Sequence record: OL631482.1
From: Escherichia phage ECML-359
Direction: 5' to 3' (one strand)
DNA: 64,000 nt
Shown: piece after piece, positions 10,414-19,984 of the stretch
Layout of the letters: the number at the start of each line of letters is the position of its first letter
How positions within the stretch are numbered: position 1 is the stretch's first letter
Position numbers and translations under genes: made by a program
The notes under the pieces: model-generated
Database searches by the model: none
The model's input: the letters and a program-made list of their open reading frames with translations, nothing else
Told to the model about the DNA's origin: nothing

Positions 10414-11697
10414 ATGCAAAAGATTAATGCACTAATTCACGAATCAACATTAACGGCGGCCAACCAGGTCGCCCGTCCTAATTTGCTTTCTTATACCCAG
10501 GCTACGAATAAACGAATTTTTAAAGCACTCGTGGCCGAACAGAAAACTACCCAGCCTGTTGCAGCCCTGTATGGTGTTCGTGTTCTGAACCCAGATGATA
10601 AAATGACTTATCTCGGTGGAGCAACATTTGCAGGTCAGATTGGTATGTTCGAGCGTAAGAATATTCCAGAATTTACAAACAAAGACGAAGCTTATGCAGT
10701 CGGCGATATGTTCCAGTTTGAAAGTGTTGTGTTCAAAGTTTTGGAAGCATCCCCATTCGCCGGTACACTCGAAACTGATTTAGGTGAAGTTATTTCTGAA
10801 GCCATTGCTGCTGGGCATATAAGAATGATGTCAGATGCTGCTTTCACTGATAAATTTGAAAAGGGGCATCCTGAAATTGCTGAAGCTGGTTTTCGTATCG
10901 ATAAATGGCAGACTGAAGTTAAATCCAGAAAGTTGAAAACTTCTTTAACTGTCGAGCTTGCCCAGGACCTGGAAGCAAACGGTTTTGATGCAACAGACTT
11001 CATCGATAATATTCTCGGCATTCAAATGGCAGAGGAAATTAATAAGGATGTACTGCAATCTCTTATTACTGTTAGTTCCCGTTTCAAGGTGCAAGGTGTT
11101 TCTGAAAAAGGTGTATTGAATCTTACTGACCCGAAATATGATAACGCACAGGACCGCGCACGAACCCTGTATTATTATATGTGTGAAATGAATTCTGCAG
11201 TTCAACGTCAGACTTCGTTTGCTGGTACATATGCAGTTGCTTCTTCCCGTTGTGCAGCTATTTTAGCCGCTTCTGGCTGGGTTGAGAAAAAGGAAGACCA
11301 GGATGAATTGGCCTATGGTGTTCTGAAGAACGGTTTGCCTCTTTACGCTGATATGAATAGTCCATGCGATTATGTTATTGTTGGTGTAAATGCAGATATG
11401 GGTGAAGGTCAGACGGTCGCATCTTTATATTATGCGCCTTATACGGAAGGACTTAGCGAAGTTGATGATGAGGGGGATACCTCGGTTGGGGAATTCAAGG
11501 TTATTGTTGACCCTGAAAGCTTACAGCCTACGGTTGCACTGTTAGCTCGTTATGCTTTGACTGCAAACCCTTACACCGTTGCTAAAGATGATAAAGAAGC
11601 TCGCCTTATTGATGGAGCTGATATGGATAAGATGGCTAACCAAAGCCAATTGAGTTCTTATCTTGGCGTTAAACTTCCACCGCTGGAAAAAGAATAA
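10414..11697 (+). CDS. Second, divergent gp24-like capsid vertex paralog
   Basis: 427 aa, starts one nucleotide after the stop of the first gene 24; clearly alignable to it (MQKINALIHESTLTAANQVARPNLLSYTQATNKRIF..., shared LQSLITVS, TANPYTVAKDDKEARLID) but diverged. Confidence 0.85.
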   Translation: MQKINALIHESTLTAANQVARPNLLSYTQATNKRIFKALVAEQKTTQPVAALYGVRVLNPDDKMTYLGGATFAGQIGMFERKNIPEFTNKDEAYAVGDMFQFESVVFKVLEASPFAGTLETDLGEVISEAIAAGHIRMMSDAAFTDKFEKGHPEIAEAGFRIDKWQTEVKSRKLKTSLTVELAQDLEANGFDATDFIDNILGIQMAEEINKDVLQSLITVSSRFKVQGVSEKGVLNLTDPKYDNAQDRARTLYYYMCEMNSAVQRQTSFAGTYAVASSRCAAILAASGWVEKKEDQDELAYGVLKNGLPLYADMNSPCDYVIVGVNADMGEGQTVASLYYAPYTEGLSEVDDEGDTSVGEFKVIVDPESLQPTVALLARYALTANPYTVAKDDKEARLIDGADMDKMANQSQLSSYLGVKLPPLEKE

Positions 11698-11720
11698 GGG
11701 CCTTGCGGCCCTTTTTTATT
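11698..11720 (+). terminator. Intrinsic terminator after the gp24 paralog
   Basis: GGGCC-ttgc-GGCCC followed by TTTTTTATT. Confidence 0.8.
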
Positions 11721-12723
11721 CACTAATTAATGCAATCCATACATGTCTTAATGTTTCTTTTACATTTGCGATAAGTTGCTTTTTAACTTCAACAGGATTT
11801 TCTGTCTGGGTTAATTCAAGTCCTTCACGACCCGCTTCTTCCAGGATATCCTGAACAGTCAAACCCATTACCTTCCCAAAATCCTTCGGCGATACTTCCC
11901 CAATCTTACTGATAACATTGTTAATACGGTTGACAGTCACATAATCAGTAAACTTCCATAAAACATCCAGGTCTTCCTGGGACAACACAACAGCAGCCTT
12001 AATAGGCTTATCAGACTTTTTCTTTTCGCTGAATTTAGAGTTCTTACATTTAATCGCTACACGCTCGCCGTTAGGTAACCATGCAGGAACATCAGGTTTT
12101 AATACAAATCCTTCAGCAGTGAATACTTTACCTTCCACCTTTGCATCAAAATCAGTGGTATTTGCTGTAGTCAATCCTGCGTTATCCACTGTAAAATTGT
12201 AATCAGGGACCACAGAATCCAGGTCATTAGGGAGCTTAATCAAGTCTTCAAAGCTTCCGGTAGCCAGGCGCGGAGCAACTTTAAACTTATGAATAATACA
12301 AAAGGCTTCCATCAGTGTGTCAGTCAGGACGGATTCAGTTCCATCTTCTTTAGTAACGCGAATATCAAACACATAAAAATCTTTATCACCGTAATCCACA
12401 TTCTTCTGGATACCTGCCCCGGCAAACTCACCATAAATCTGATATGCCTGGTAATTAATATCCTGCAAAAGTTTCTGCACAGATTTAATAGAATCTGCGT
12501 AGTTCTTTAATACAATTTCATAACCATAGAAATCTTCTGCAGGTAGGATAGGTCCAGTGCGTTTCGCGCATGTCACATTGTCTTGTTCAATGATTAATGA
12601 AAAGTTGGTACCATGAATTTTCTCACGAGCTACCCATTCACCGCTGGTGAAGCCTTGCAGGCGAATCTTTTCAATGAACTTGTTATTATAGTGATTTTCA
12701 AGGCTGTTGTATTTCTTAAACAT
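11716..12723 (-). CDS. rnlB: RNA ligase 2 (RnlB)
   Basis: 335 aa; [19 protein letters not shown]...[10 protein letters not shown] (nucleotidyltransferase lysine motif KxHGxN) matches T4 Rnl2 as recalled. Confidence 0.9.
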   Translation of the reverse strand: MFKKYNSLENHYNNKFIEKIRLQGFTSGEWVAREKIHGTNFSLIIEQDNVTCAKRTGPILPAEDFYGYEIVLKNYADSIKSVQKLLQDINYQAYQIYGEFAGAGIQKNVDYGDKDFYVFDIRVTKEDGTESVLTDTLMEAFCIIHKFKVAPRLATGSFEDLIKLPNDLDSVVPDYNFTVDNAGLTTANTTDFDAKVEGKVFTAEGFVLKPDVPAWLPNGERVAIKCKNSKFSEKKKSDKPIKAAVVLSQEDLDVLWKFTDYVTVNRINNVISKIGEVSPKDFGKVMGLTVQDILEEAGREGLELTQTENPVEVKKQLIANVKETLRHVWIALISE

Positions 12724-12820
12724 AATCTCTCACTTTTGATGTTATAAATATCATTATAAATTAGACCCGCTATACTTTCTTTCTTTGAAAGGAATTAATA
12801 GTCACAAAGGGTCTAGAACC

Positions 12821-12846
12821 ATTATACCGCATTTTTATTTGAAGCA
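12821..12846 (-). promoter_or_regulatory. Middle-type (MotA-box) promoter upstream of rnlB
   Basis: Minus strand reads TGCTTCAaataaaaatgcgGTATAATGGTTCTAGACCC: MotA-box-like TGCTTCA about 12 nt upstream of TATAAT; coordinates approximate. Confidence 0.6.
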
Positions 12847-12853
12847 AAAAGGG

Positions 12854-13117
12854 TCAGAATTTTACATACAGCATTGGCTTGGATTCTTGCCAATCATAAT
12901 TCCAGGTAAAAGATGTAAATTTTTCTGCTCGCAGAAATTCAGATATCTTTGCGCGGTTTCCTTCTTCATACTCTTTTTCAGAAACTGCCATATTAACAGC
13001 ATCTTTGCCGTTCTCGGCGGCGGCAATAGCCACTTTGCGAAATATAGAAATAAAGTCATTTGCAACTTTATCTTGTGACTCTTTGGCTATTTGGCGTAGT
13101 TCTTCTGCGAATGTCAT
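12854..13117 (-). CDS. Hypothetical protein (T4 24.2 position)
   Basis: 87 aa minus-strand ORF between hoc and rnlB; overlaps next ORF by 4 nt. Confidence 0.5.
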   Translation of the reverse strand: MTFAEELRQIAKESQDKVANDFISIFRKVAIAAAENGKDAVNMAVSEKEYEEGNRAKISEFLRAEKFTSFTWNYDWQESKPMLYVKF

Positions 13118-13317
13118 TTCTTCACCTTTTTGTTATTCAAACGTTTACGATAAACAATCTTTTCTTTCGCTTTAAATTTAGCTTTGGCTTGTTCTACATC
13201 AACCCAGGCCTTTGCCATCTCTTTAGCAGTCCCGCCTAATACCTTGGCGATTTCAATAAATGTCATACCAGATTCATGCAGAAAATGTACTTTAACCTTA
13301 TCCATAATGATTCTCAT
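13114..13317 (-). CDS. Hypothetical small basic protein, possible helix-turn-helix (T4 24.3 position)
   Basis: 67 aa; segment MTFIEIAKVLGGTAKEMAKAWVD resembles an HTH; lysine-rich C-terminus. Confidence 0.5.
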   Translation of the reverse strand: MRIIMDKVKVHFLHESGMTFIEIAKVLGGTAKEMAKAWVDVEQAKAKFKAKEKIVYRKRLNNKKVKK

Positions 13318-13451
13318 GTTGAGTTAGTGAAGCTATCTTAACATGGAATTTTTAACTTGTAAACATGATTTTTATGCCAGATGAACAATTGCATGGTATG
13401 GTCACAAAGACTCACTAGAGAAGGGTCCAGGTAACATTTGCCCAGTACCAT

Positions 13452-13480
13452 AAAAATAAAGGGACCAAAGGTCCCTTTTT
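13452..13480. terminator. Bidirectional intrinsic terminator downstream of hoc
   Basis: GGGACC-aaa-GGTCCC flanked by A-run and T-run. Confidence 0.75.
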
Positions 13481-13482
13481 AA

Positions 13483-14616
13483 TTAATAAACGTAATCGTA
13501 TATAATACCAGTTTCTAAAGCGGTGCGATGAATAACTCGACCATTACGAGATTCTTGTACATCAACCTCTGGATAGTCGGTAATCATTTTTTGAAGTGTG
13601 TATCGGTGCAAATAATACGGGCTATCCGGGTCATCAGTTTTCCAGTCTTGGCCGGCAAGAGTCATTTTCTGAATTTCATCCATAACCCACCAACCACACC
13701 AGATATAAGCTGAATTACGTACTGGCAATGGGTGAATATATGGTAATTCGCCATCTGGAACTGGTGCGACTTTAGCCGTGACTGTTACATTACCAGTTTT
13801 GGTAACGGTTACAGGGTTATAATCTGTAGCAGATACAACAACAGAAACTTCAATTAACTGGGAACCTTCGGCGCTTGTATCGATTGCTAAAGTATCCGTG
13901 GTACCAGCGACTGGTGAACCATCTTTCTTCCAAGAATAGGCAAAAGTAGCACCAGCAGGCGCACCGGCTACAGTAGCTTTAAAAGAAGCCGGAGTTCCTT
14001 CAGGAACATTAATAGAGGTCGGTGCTAAAGTAACAGAAACACCCGACATAGTTTTCTTAACAAAAGTTACCGCAGCTCCTTTAGATGCGGTGCCATTATT
14101 ATAATCGGGTGCAGAAACAGTAACTTCACAGTTCAATGTATAATTTGCTTCTGCTGATTCGGTGACGGTAATAGTTTTACCAGTTTGACCTGCGATTACG
14201 CTAGTGTTACGTTTCCAAACGTAAGCGATTGTTGCACCAGAAGGAGCGCCTGTCACGTTAGCAGTAACAACTTGAGATTGCCCCACTTCTTTAGTAACAG
14301 AGGCAGGGTCTAAAGTCAATGTAATAGCAGGCATTGTTTTATTCTGGATAGTTAAAGTTGTCTCAGCCTCAGCAGTTTCCGGTTCACCGTCTGCCGGAGT
14401 GGTAGTTGCAACAACTTTAATAGTCTTACTGCCTGCTGGGCCAACAGCGACATAAGTCATTGCTGCAGTCACAGAAGATTGAGGAACGCCATCAACGGTC
14501 CATACAAATGATTCAACACCTTCAGCTGCAGCGCCAGACCCGGTTGCAGTGAAATTGGTTGTTGCTCCAATAACGGCCGTAGCCGCCAAAGGAGCAATAG
14601 CTACGGTATAAGCCAT
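13483..14616 (-). CDS. hoc: Highly immunogenic outer capsid protein Hoc
   Basis: 377 aa; C-terminal part near-identical to T4 Hoc as recalled (NPVTVTKTGNVTVTAKVAP...YIWCGWWVMDEIQKMT...YYLHRYTLQKM); repeated Ig-like segments. Confidence 0.9.
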   Translation of the reverse strand: MAYTVAIAPLAATAVIGATTNFTATGSGAAAEGVESFVWTVDGVPQSSVTAAMTYVAVGPAGSKTIKVVATTTPADGEPETAEAETTLTIQNKTMPAITLTLDPASVTKEVGQSQVVTANVTGAPSGATIAYVWKRNTSVIAGQTGKTITVTESAEANYTLNCEVTVSAPDYNNGTASKGAAVTFVKKTMSGVSVTLAPTSINVPEGTPASFKATVAGAPAGATFAYSWKKDGSPVAGTTDTLAIDTSAEGSQLIEVSVVVSATDYNPVTVTKTGNVTVTAKVAPVPDGELPYIHPLPVRNSAYIWCGWWVMDEIQKMTLAGQDWKTDDPDSPYYLHRYTLQKMITDYPEVDVQESRNGRVIHRTALETGIIYDYVY

Positions 14617-14625
14617 AATAAACCC

Positions 14626-15291
14626 TTATTTTAAAGTGACAAAAGATGAGTTACGAGTTTCTCGTACTAGAACAGACCCATTACGATTGATGTAATAAAT
14701 CAAACTGAATAGGGTTTGATGCGCGGTGGGATGTGGGAAAGCAGTTGGACGTTCTTTCCAATCCGGAGTCTCAGAAATCCACTGATAAATCCACCATGGA
14801 ACAGTACAGAATCCAGGGTTCTTGCCAATAAGCATAAGATTTGGACTAAAGTTTTTTGGTAGAGCAAATACAGGTTTTTCAGATTCGATAACCTTAGCAA
14901 CAGCTGCTTCGAACTTTTCTTCGATAAAAGGAACATCTTCTTCGACCAAAACAACTGGTTCTTCGATTTCAACAACTTCAACCTTTGCTTCGGTTAGAGC
15001 ATCAAATAAGAGTTTAGCTTCTTCTTTAGCTGACTCATCGCCATCAAATTTAGCACCTGACAATTCATCGTCAGCATCAATAAGGTCGGTGATGCTCAGG
15101 CCTTCATTATCATCAGGCATAGGCATGTCAGCAAATGCTTTAAGTCCTGCTTCCAGGTCAGCCAACATATTATCAAAGGTTTTTGTTTTCTTAACATCAA
15201 CGCCAAGTGATGCTGCGTATTCGGCTAATTTTTCTTTGGCTTCTTTTTTCTCGAGGACACGAATTTCCTCAATGTAGTTCTTGTCAATCAT
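14626..15291 (-). CDS. inh: Putative Inh (inhibitor of prohead protease) homolog
   Basis: 221 aa acidic protein at the T4 inh position between hoc and uvsW; assignment by position and size only. Confidence 0.6.
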   Translation of the reverse strand: MIDKNYIEEIRVLEKKEAKEKLAEYAASLGVDVKKTKTFDNMLADLEAGLKAFADMPMPDDNEGLSITDLIDADDELSGAKFDGDESAKEEAKLLFDALTEAKVEVVEIEEPVVLVEEDVPFIEEKFEAAVAKVIESEKPVFALPKNFSPNLMLIGKNPGFCTVPWWIYQWISETPDWKERPTAFPHPTAHQTLFSLIYYINRNGSVLVRETRNSSFVTLK

Positions 15292-15309
15292 GATGAACCT
15301 CGGTTAGTG

Positions 15310-15317
15310 TATAAATA
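15310..15317 (+). promoter_or_regulatory. Late promoter for uvsW
   Basis: TATAAATA about 29 nt upstream of the MDIK start. Confidence 0.75.
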
Positions 15318-15345
15318 TAGATATATTTATTACCTTGGAATCATC

Positions 15346-16845
15346 ATGGATATTAAAATCAACTTTCTAAATTTTAGTCACGTGCATGTTGAATGTGAAG
15401 ATGGAATCTTCTACGAACTCCGTGATTACTTCAGCTTCGAAGCTGAAAACTATCGCTTCAATCCAAAATTCAAGCAGGGAGTTTGGGACGGACGAATCCG
15501 CCTCCTGGATTACAATCGTAAATTACCATACGGTTTGGTTAATCAAATTAAAAAGTTCGCTGACCAGTTTGGCTATTCATTCTGGATTGACCCACAAATC
15601 ACCGAGAAAGAAGAAATCTCTCGCGAAGAATTCGACAAATGGGTCGAGTCAAAAGAAATCTATTCAGGCAATACTAAGATAACGCCCCATTGGTATCAAT
15701 CTGACGCCGTATATGATGGTCTGGTCAACAGAAGAAAGATTCTGAACTTACCTACGTCTGCGGGTAAAAGCCTCATCCAGGCGCTTCTGGCGCGATATTA
15801 TCTCGAGAACTATGAAGGCAAGGTGCTTATCCTTGTTCCTACAACCGCGCTTGTTGACCAGATGATTAATGACTTTGTTGATTATCGGCTTTTCCCTCGT
15901 GAAGCTTGTCTGGGTATTCGTTCCGGGACTAAACGCGATTCTGATGCGATGATTTATGTATCGACTTATCAGACGGCTGTAAAACAACCTAAAGAATGGT
16001 TTGAACAGTTCGGCCAGTTTATGAATGACGAATGTCACATGGCTACAGGTAAATCAATTTCGACGGTTATCGAAGGCCTTACGAATTGTATGTTTAAATT
16101 TGGTCTGTCAGGCTCACTCCGTGACGGCAAAGCCAACCTTATGCAATATATGGGTCTGTTTGGTGATATCTTTAAACCAGTATCAACATCTAAATTGATG
16201 GAAGACGGTCAGGTCACCGACCTTAAAATAAATAGTATTTTCCTTCGTTATCCTGATGAATTTACCGTTAAAATGAAAGGTAAAACTTATCAGGATGAAA
16301 TTAAGGTAATTACAAAAGCTACACGCCGAAATAAATGGGTAACAAATCTTGCTCTCAAGCTTGCTAAAAAAGATGAAAACGTCTTTTTGATGTTTAAGAA
16401 TATCGAGCATGGCAAATCGATGTTTGAAATGCTTAAGGAAGCTGGTCATGAGAAAGCGTATTATGTTTCCGGGGAAGTTGATACCGAAACCCGTAATGCT
16501 CTGAAGGTCATGGCAGAGAATGGAAAAGGAATTATCGTTGTAGCTTCATATGGTGTATTCTCGACGGGGATTTCCGTTAAAAACCTCCATCACATTATTT
16601 TCGCCCACCCGGTCAAGTCAAAGGTAATTGTACTTCAGACAATTGGTCGTGTACTTCGAAAACATGAATCTAAATCGACCGCAAACGTGTGGGACATTGT
16701 GGATGATATGGGGGTCAAACCCAAATCAGCAAACGCTAAAAAGAAATATGTTCATATTAACTTTGCGCTTAAACATGCATTAGAACGTATTCAGCGGTAT
16801 GCAGACGAACAATTCAATTATGTAATTAAACAGGTGGAAATATAA
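15346..16845 (+). CDS. uvsW: UvsW DNA/RNA helicase
   Basis: Starts MDIKINFLNFSHVHVECEDGIFYELRDYFSFEAENYRFNP; Walker A (PTSAGKS) and DECH box; TATAAATA at about 15310-15317; the ORF-track start at 15307 is upstream of the likely true start. Confidence 0.95.
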   Translation: MDIKINFLNFSHVHVECEDGIFYELRDYFSFEAENYRFNPKFKQGVWDGRIRLLDYNRKLPYGLVNQIKKFADQFGYSFWIDPQITEKEEISREEFDKWVESKEIYSGNTKITPHWYQSDAVYDGLVNRRKILNLPTSAGKSLIQALLARYYLENYEGKVLILVPTTALVDQMINDFVDYRLFPREACLGIRSGTKRDSDAMIYVSTYQTAVKQPKEWFEQFGQFMNDECHMATGKSISTVIEGLTNCMFKFGLSGSLRDGKANLMQYMGLFGDIFKPVSTSKLMEDGQVTDLKINSIFLRYPDEFTVKMKGKTYQDEIKVITKATRRNKWVTNLALKLAKKDENVFLMFKNIEHGKSMFEMLKEAGHEKAYYVSGEVDTETRNALKVMAENGKGIIVVASYGVFSTGISVKNLHHIIFAHPVKSKVIVLQTIGRVLRKHESKSTANVWDIVDDMGVKPKSANAKKKYVHINFALKHALERIQRYADEQFNYVIKQVEI

Positions 16846-17078
16846 TGAAATCCTTTGAAGAAATTATGTACGAAGCATCAATTGAAGGCTTTATGGCTAA
16901 GATTGGTTCCTGTCAGACCATGGACGGTCTGAAGGAGTTGGAAGGCTATTATAAAAAACGCAGCAAAGAAGCTGAACTAAAAGATTCCGATGATATCAGT
17001 GTTCGTGATGCTCTTGCCGGTAAACGCGCCGAGCTTGAGGATATGGACGAAGACGAAGACGAAGACGAAGATTTCTAA
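16845..17078 (+). CDS. uvsW.1: UvsW.1-like small acidic protein
   Basis: 77 aa with DEDEDEDEDF tail; ATGA overlap with uvsW stop. Confidence 0.7.
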   Translation: MKSFEEIMYEASIEGFMAKIGSCQTMDGLKELEGYYKKRSKEAELKDSDDISVRDALAGKRAELEDMDEDEDEDEDF

Positions 17079-17126
17079 ATAAAAAGGCCCCAACCAAAAG
17101 GAAGGGGCAAAACCAAAAAATGGTTA

Positions 17127-17303
17127 ACAACACTAGCTAAATTAAAAGTTGGGTCTCGTTCAGTTGCTCTTCTGTATTTTCCGTAACTGGCAAACTCTGA
17201 ACATAATTATAACAGGCGCCCGGATGCACCGGACCTTGGTCTGTATCCACAACCAATGCAGAATCGATTGGAGTTTTACAGACAACACAAATCTTATCTG
17301 ACA
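17127..17303 (-). CDS. Hypothetical Cys-containing mini-protein (about 58 aa)
   Basis: Hand-translated: MSDKICVVCKTPIDSALVVDTDQGPVHPGACYNYVQSLPVTENTEEQLNETQLLI; below the ORF-track length cutoff; coordinates approximate. Confidence 0.3.
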
Positions 17304-17443
17304 TGATTGTCTCCTCAGTTAAACTTACATATCTATTTAGTGCTCTTCATAATAGCAGCACGAGCTTTCATCTCATTAACAATTTCAGTTATTCGGTTTG
17401 CAGAGATAACCATCTCGTCGAGAATCTTACTAATATTTTTCAT

Positions 17444-17677
17444 TTAATTTTCCTTAAAGTATCTCATACCAGTATCTATCCCCATATTGTGAGAATAGAA
17501 CGCATCATCGATGTATCCTGCAAATTTACCTTTAACATAGATAACATCTTCACCGCAAGGGTGGTCAGCGCAGATACGAATATCTGCACGATTCAATTTC
17601 CATTCCTTCATCATATACTTAATTTCTTCTTCGAACTCTTCGTCTTGGTTAAACGCATCGTCGATAGAATATCGCAT
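17444..17677 (-). CDS. Hypothetical protein (T4 uvsY.-2 position)
   Basis: 77 aa, immediately downstream of uvsY on the minus strand. Confidence 0.5.
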   Translation of the reverse strand: MRYSIDDAFNQDEEFEEEIKYMMKEWKLNRADIRICADHPCGEDVIYVKGKFAGYIDDAFYSHNMGIDTGMRYFKEN

Positions 17678-18111
17678 TATTTGCCTGCCTCGAATTGTCT
17701 TATTTCTAACATATGTTTAAGTGCGAAACTTCGCGACTTAACACCATCTAATGCAGCGCTACAGAAGTCCTGGAGTAGTGCCCAATACTGAATTGAAGTA
17801 TCAATCTTCAGTATGTTTGAATCTGCTGCCATGACTGTTTTCAATTCCGACTTCTCGTATACATCCATGCATACTTCTTCCCCTGGGTCACCTCTTCCCG
17901 TATAATGGTCTAGTCGTTTTTTCAGTGCAGTTTTCTTCTGAATCTCAAGACGCATTATTTCTTTCTTGCAGTTGGTATACAATCTCAACCATTTGCTATG
18001 CAACAAAACGTTGTTTTGTGTTTCATATTGAAGTTGCGTACCATCAATTTTTAAATCTGCATCTAACTCATCCTGAAAGACTTCTAACTTATATTCAATC
18101 TCTGTTTTCAT
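17677..18111 (-). CDS. uvsY: UvsY recombination mediator
   Basis: 144 aa from the internal ATG (MKTEIEYKLEVFQDEL...); C-terminal half matches T4 UvsY as recalled (KSELKTVMAADSNILKIDTSIQYW...KHMLEIRQFEAGK); the upstream ATG of the track ORF lies within the predicted transcription-start region of a middle promoter. Confidence 0.9.
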   Translation of the reverse strand: MKTEIEYKLEVFQDELDADLKIDGTQLQYETQNNVLLHSKWLRLYTNCKKEIMRLEIQKKTALKKRLDHYTGRGDPGEEVCMDVYEKSELKTVMAADSNILKIDTSIQYWALLQDFCSAALDGVKSRSFALKHMLEIRQFEAGK

Positions 18112-18139
18112 AATGTATCCAATGTAAGGGTCTAGAACC

Positions 18140-18166
18140 ATTATACAGCCATAAAATTAAAGCATT
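18140..18166 (-). promoter_or_regulatory. Middle-type (MotA-box) promoter upstream of uvsY
   Basis: Minus strand reads aaTGCTTTAattttatggctgTATAATGGTTCTAGACCC; same cassette as at rnlB. Confidence 0.6.
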
Positions 18167-18554
18167 AACCGTTTTGACTTAACTGAATCCTAATTTGTTC
18201 GAGGGTATCAGGGTCATCAACAATGCTGAACTGAACCGTTACGATAATGGAGTTATCATCATACATAGGGACAACTGCAACCTGTAGATTACTTATTCTT
18301 GGTTCGAAGTTCCGCACCGCGGAGACGATGTTGCGTTTAATGGTATCTGTAATTAACGGTGTGATATTCTCAAAAAGCTGATTACTTATATCACATCCAA
18401 ATTCGGGCATAAAAGGCCGTGACCCTTTTCTTGTGGTGATTATTCCCAGAAGACTGTTCTTAACAGACCTTGCACCAGTTACTTTAGCAACGTCTTTATC
18501 CCAACTTGTAGATAAGTTGGGAGATACATCGCTATACATTTTGTTTATATTCAT
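18165..18554 (-). CDS. 25: Baseplate wedge protein gp25
   Basis: 129 aa; MNINKMYSD...TRKGSRPFMPEFGCD matches T4 gp25 as recalled. Confidence 0.9.
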   Translation of the reverse strand: MNINKMYSDVSPNLSTSWDKDVAKVTGARSVKNSLLGIITTRKGSRPFMPEFGCDISNQLFENITPLITDTIKRNIVSAVRNFEPRISNLQVAVVPMYDDNSIIVTVQFSIVDDPDTLEQIRIQLSQNG

Positions 18555-19178
18555 TTACATAAACTTAAAGAATTCTTTAAGCCCCTTAATTACATGGACA
18601 GAATGCGCTCCGCACTCGCAAGAGATAGGAATAGCCATTTGGACCTGTGGCTTGAGAAGTTCTTCGGTTAGTGCATTTATATCATCGAGGGTAATTGCGT
18701 TGTATAGGTCCTCGATTTCGGCTTCATTTAAGTCATCAACAACGATGCGCTCGCCACCTTCCGTGATAATATATTCGATACAACAAGCAATCATTTTACC
18801 TTTATCGCCGTCTTCAAACAACCCAGGATAACGGAATTTAATTTTAAATGCCCCGAAATCACGAATAACTTCAGACTCATCCACGATGCTTGCACGACTT
18901 ATAGTCACAGGAATATCTTGTTCCTTTCCACATTCGCATACCCATGTATGTTCGACATTAACAACCCCAAGACTATTTGCCCAGAGAATAATAAGAAGCA
19001 GCTCAGCTTCCTGTTTGTTTAACCCTTTAGCATCAGTGCATTTATTAAGCAGTTCAATTATTGCAGGTTCCATACGCTTTTCTAATTTTGCCTGAAGCAA
19101 ATCTTTGTATTCGCGCAATGTAAAAGCCCTACAATTTATAGTTTTATTTTTAATTTGGACAATAAATTCATAAGTCAT
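18555..19178 (-). CDS. 26: Baseplate hub protein gp26
   Basis: 207 aa from the internal ATG (MTYEF...), which is preceded by GGAG at good spacing; T4 position between 25 and 51. Confidence 0.8.
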   Translation of the reverse strand: MTYEFIVQIKNKTINCRAFTLREYKDLLQAKLEKRMEPAIIELLNKCTDAKGLNKQEAELLLIILWANSLGVVNVEHTWVCECGKEQDIPVTISRASIVDESEVIRDFGAFKIKFRYPGLFEDGDKGKMIACCIEYIITEGGERIVVDDLNEAEIEDLYNAITLDDINALTEELLKPQVQMAIPISCECGAHSVHVIKGLKEFFKFM

Positions 19179-19199
19179 AATTTGCTCCTTTACTGTATT

Positions 19200-19207
19200 T
19201 ATAAATA
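19200..19207 (+). promoter_or_regulatory. Late promoter for gene 51 (baseplate hub operon)
   Basis: TATAAATA about 25 nt upstream of the gp51 ATG. Confidence 0.75.
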
Positions 19208-19231
19208 TCAATAAAGATAAAAGGGGATTCT

Positions 19232-19984
19232 ATGGCCAATATCGTAAGATGTGAAATGCCAGACGGAGTTCATCGTTTCAAACCGTTTACAGTCGCTGAT
19301 TACCGTGATTTACTGCTTGTGCGAAACGACATGAACAACAAACCCGTCGAAGAACAAAAACAATTATTAGACGAACTGTTGGAAGATTATTTTGGAGAGT
19401 ATCCAAAAGCATGGAGGCCTTACATATTCCTGAAGGTATTCACTTCCTCTATCGGTAAGACAAAAGTCCCGGTAGCGTTTGAATGTCAAAAATGTAAAAA
19501 GACAAAGCAGACTTTGTTTAATATGAGTCAAGGTCCATTGACAAATCCAACAATGGAAACCGCGGGGATAAAAATACAATTTAAGTTCCCTGAAGTAGAA
19601 TATAAAGATAAGTCGGAGCTTGTTCTAAACACCATCCAGACTGTCGAAGACTCAGAACAAAAATACAATTGGGAAGACCTTCCTGAAGAAACGAAGATGC
19701 AGGTTATTGATGCAATTGATATAGAGAGTCTCGAAGAGCTCCTTAAGAAAATGCATTCAGTTTATATTCCATTTACATATGGTTGCTGCGAAAAACACAA
19801 AACCGAATATACAGACTTGATTGATGTCTTTAAGCTTATCCTTAACCCGGATGAAGTCTTTGTATTTTATCAAATTAACCACTTACTGGTAAAGAATCAA
19901 TATACACTGGATAGCATCATGCACATGATTCCTATCGAACGAGGTATTGCTTTATCGTTAGTTGAGAAGGACTTGAAGAAATGA
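19232..19984 (+). CDS. 51: Baseplate hub assembly protein gp51
   Basis: 250 aa; TATAAATA at about 19200-19207; synteny. Confidence 0.8.
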   Translation: MANIVRCEMPDGVHRFKPFTVADYRDLLLVRNDMNNKPVEEQKQLLDELLEDYFGEYPKAWRPYIFLKVFTSSIGKTKVPVAFECQKCKKTKQTLFNMSQGPLTNPTMETAGIKIQFKFPEVEYKDKSELVLNTIQTVEDSEQKYNWEDLPEETKMQVIDAIDIESLEELLKKMHSVYIPFTYGCCEKHKTEYTDLIDVFKLILNPDEVFVFYQINHLLVKNQYTLDSIMHMIPIERGIALSLVEKDLKK

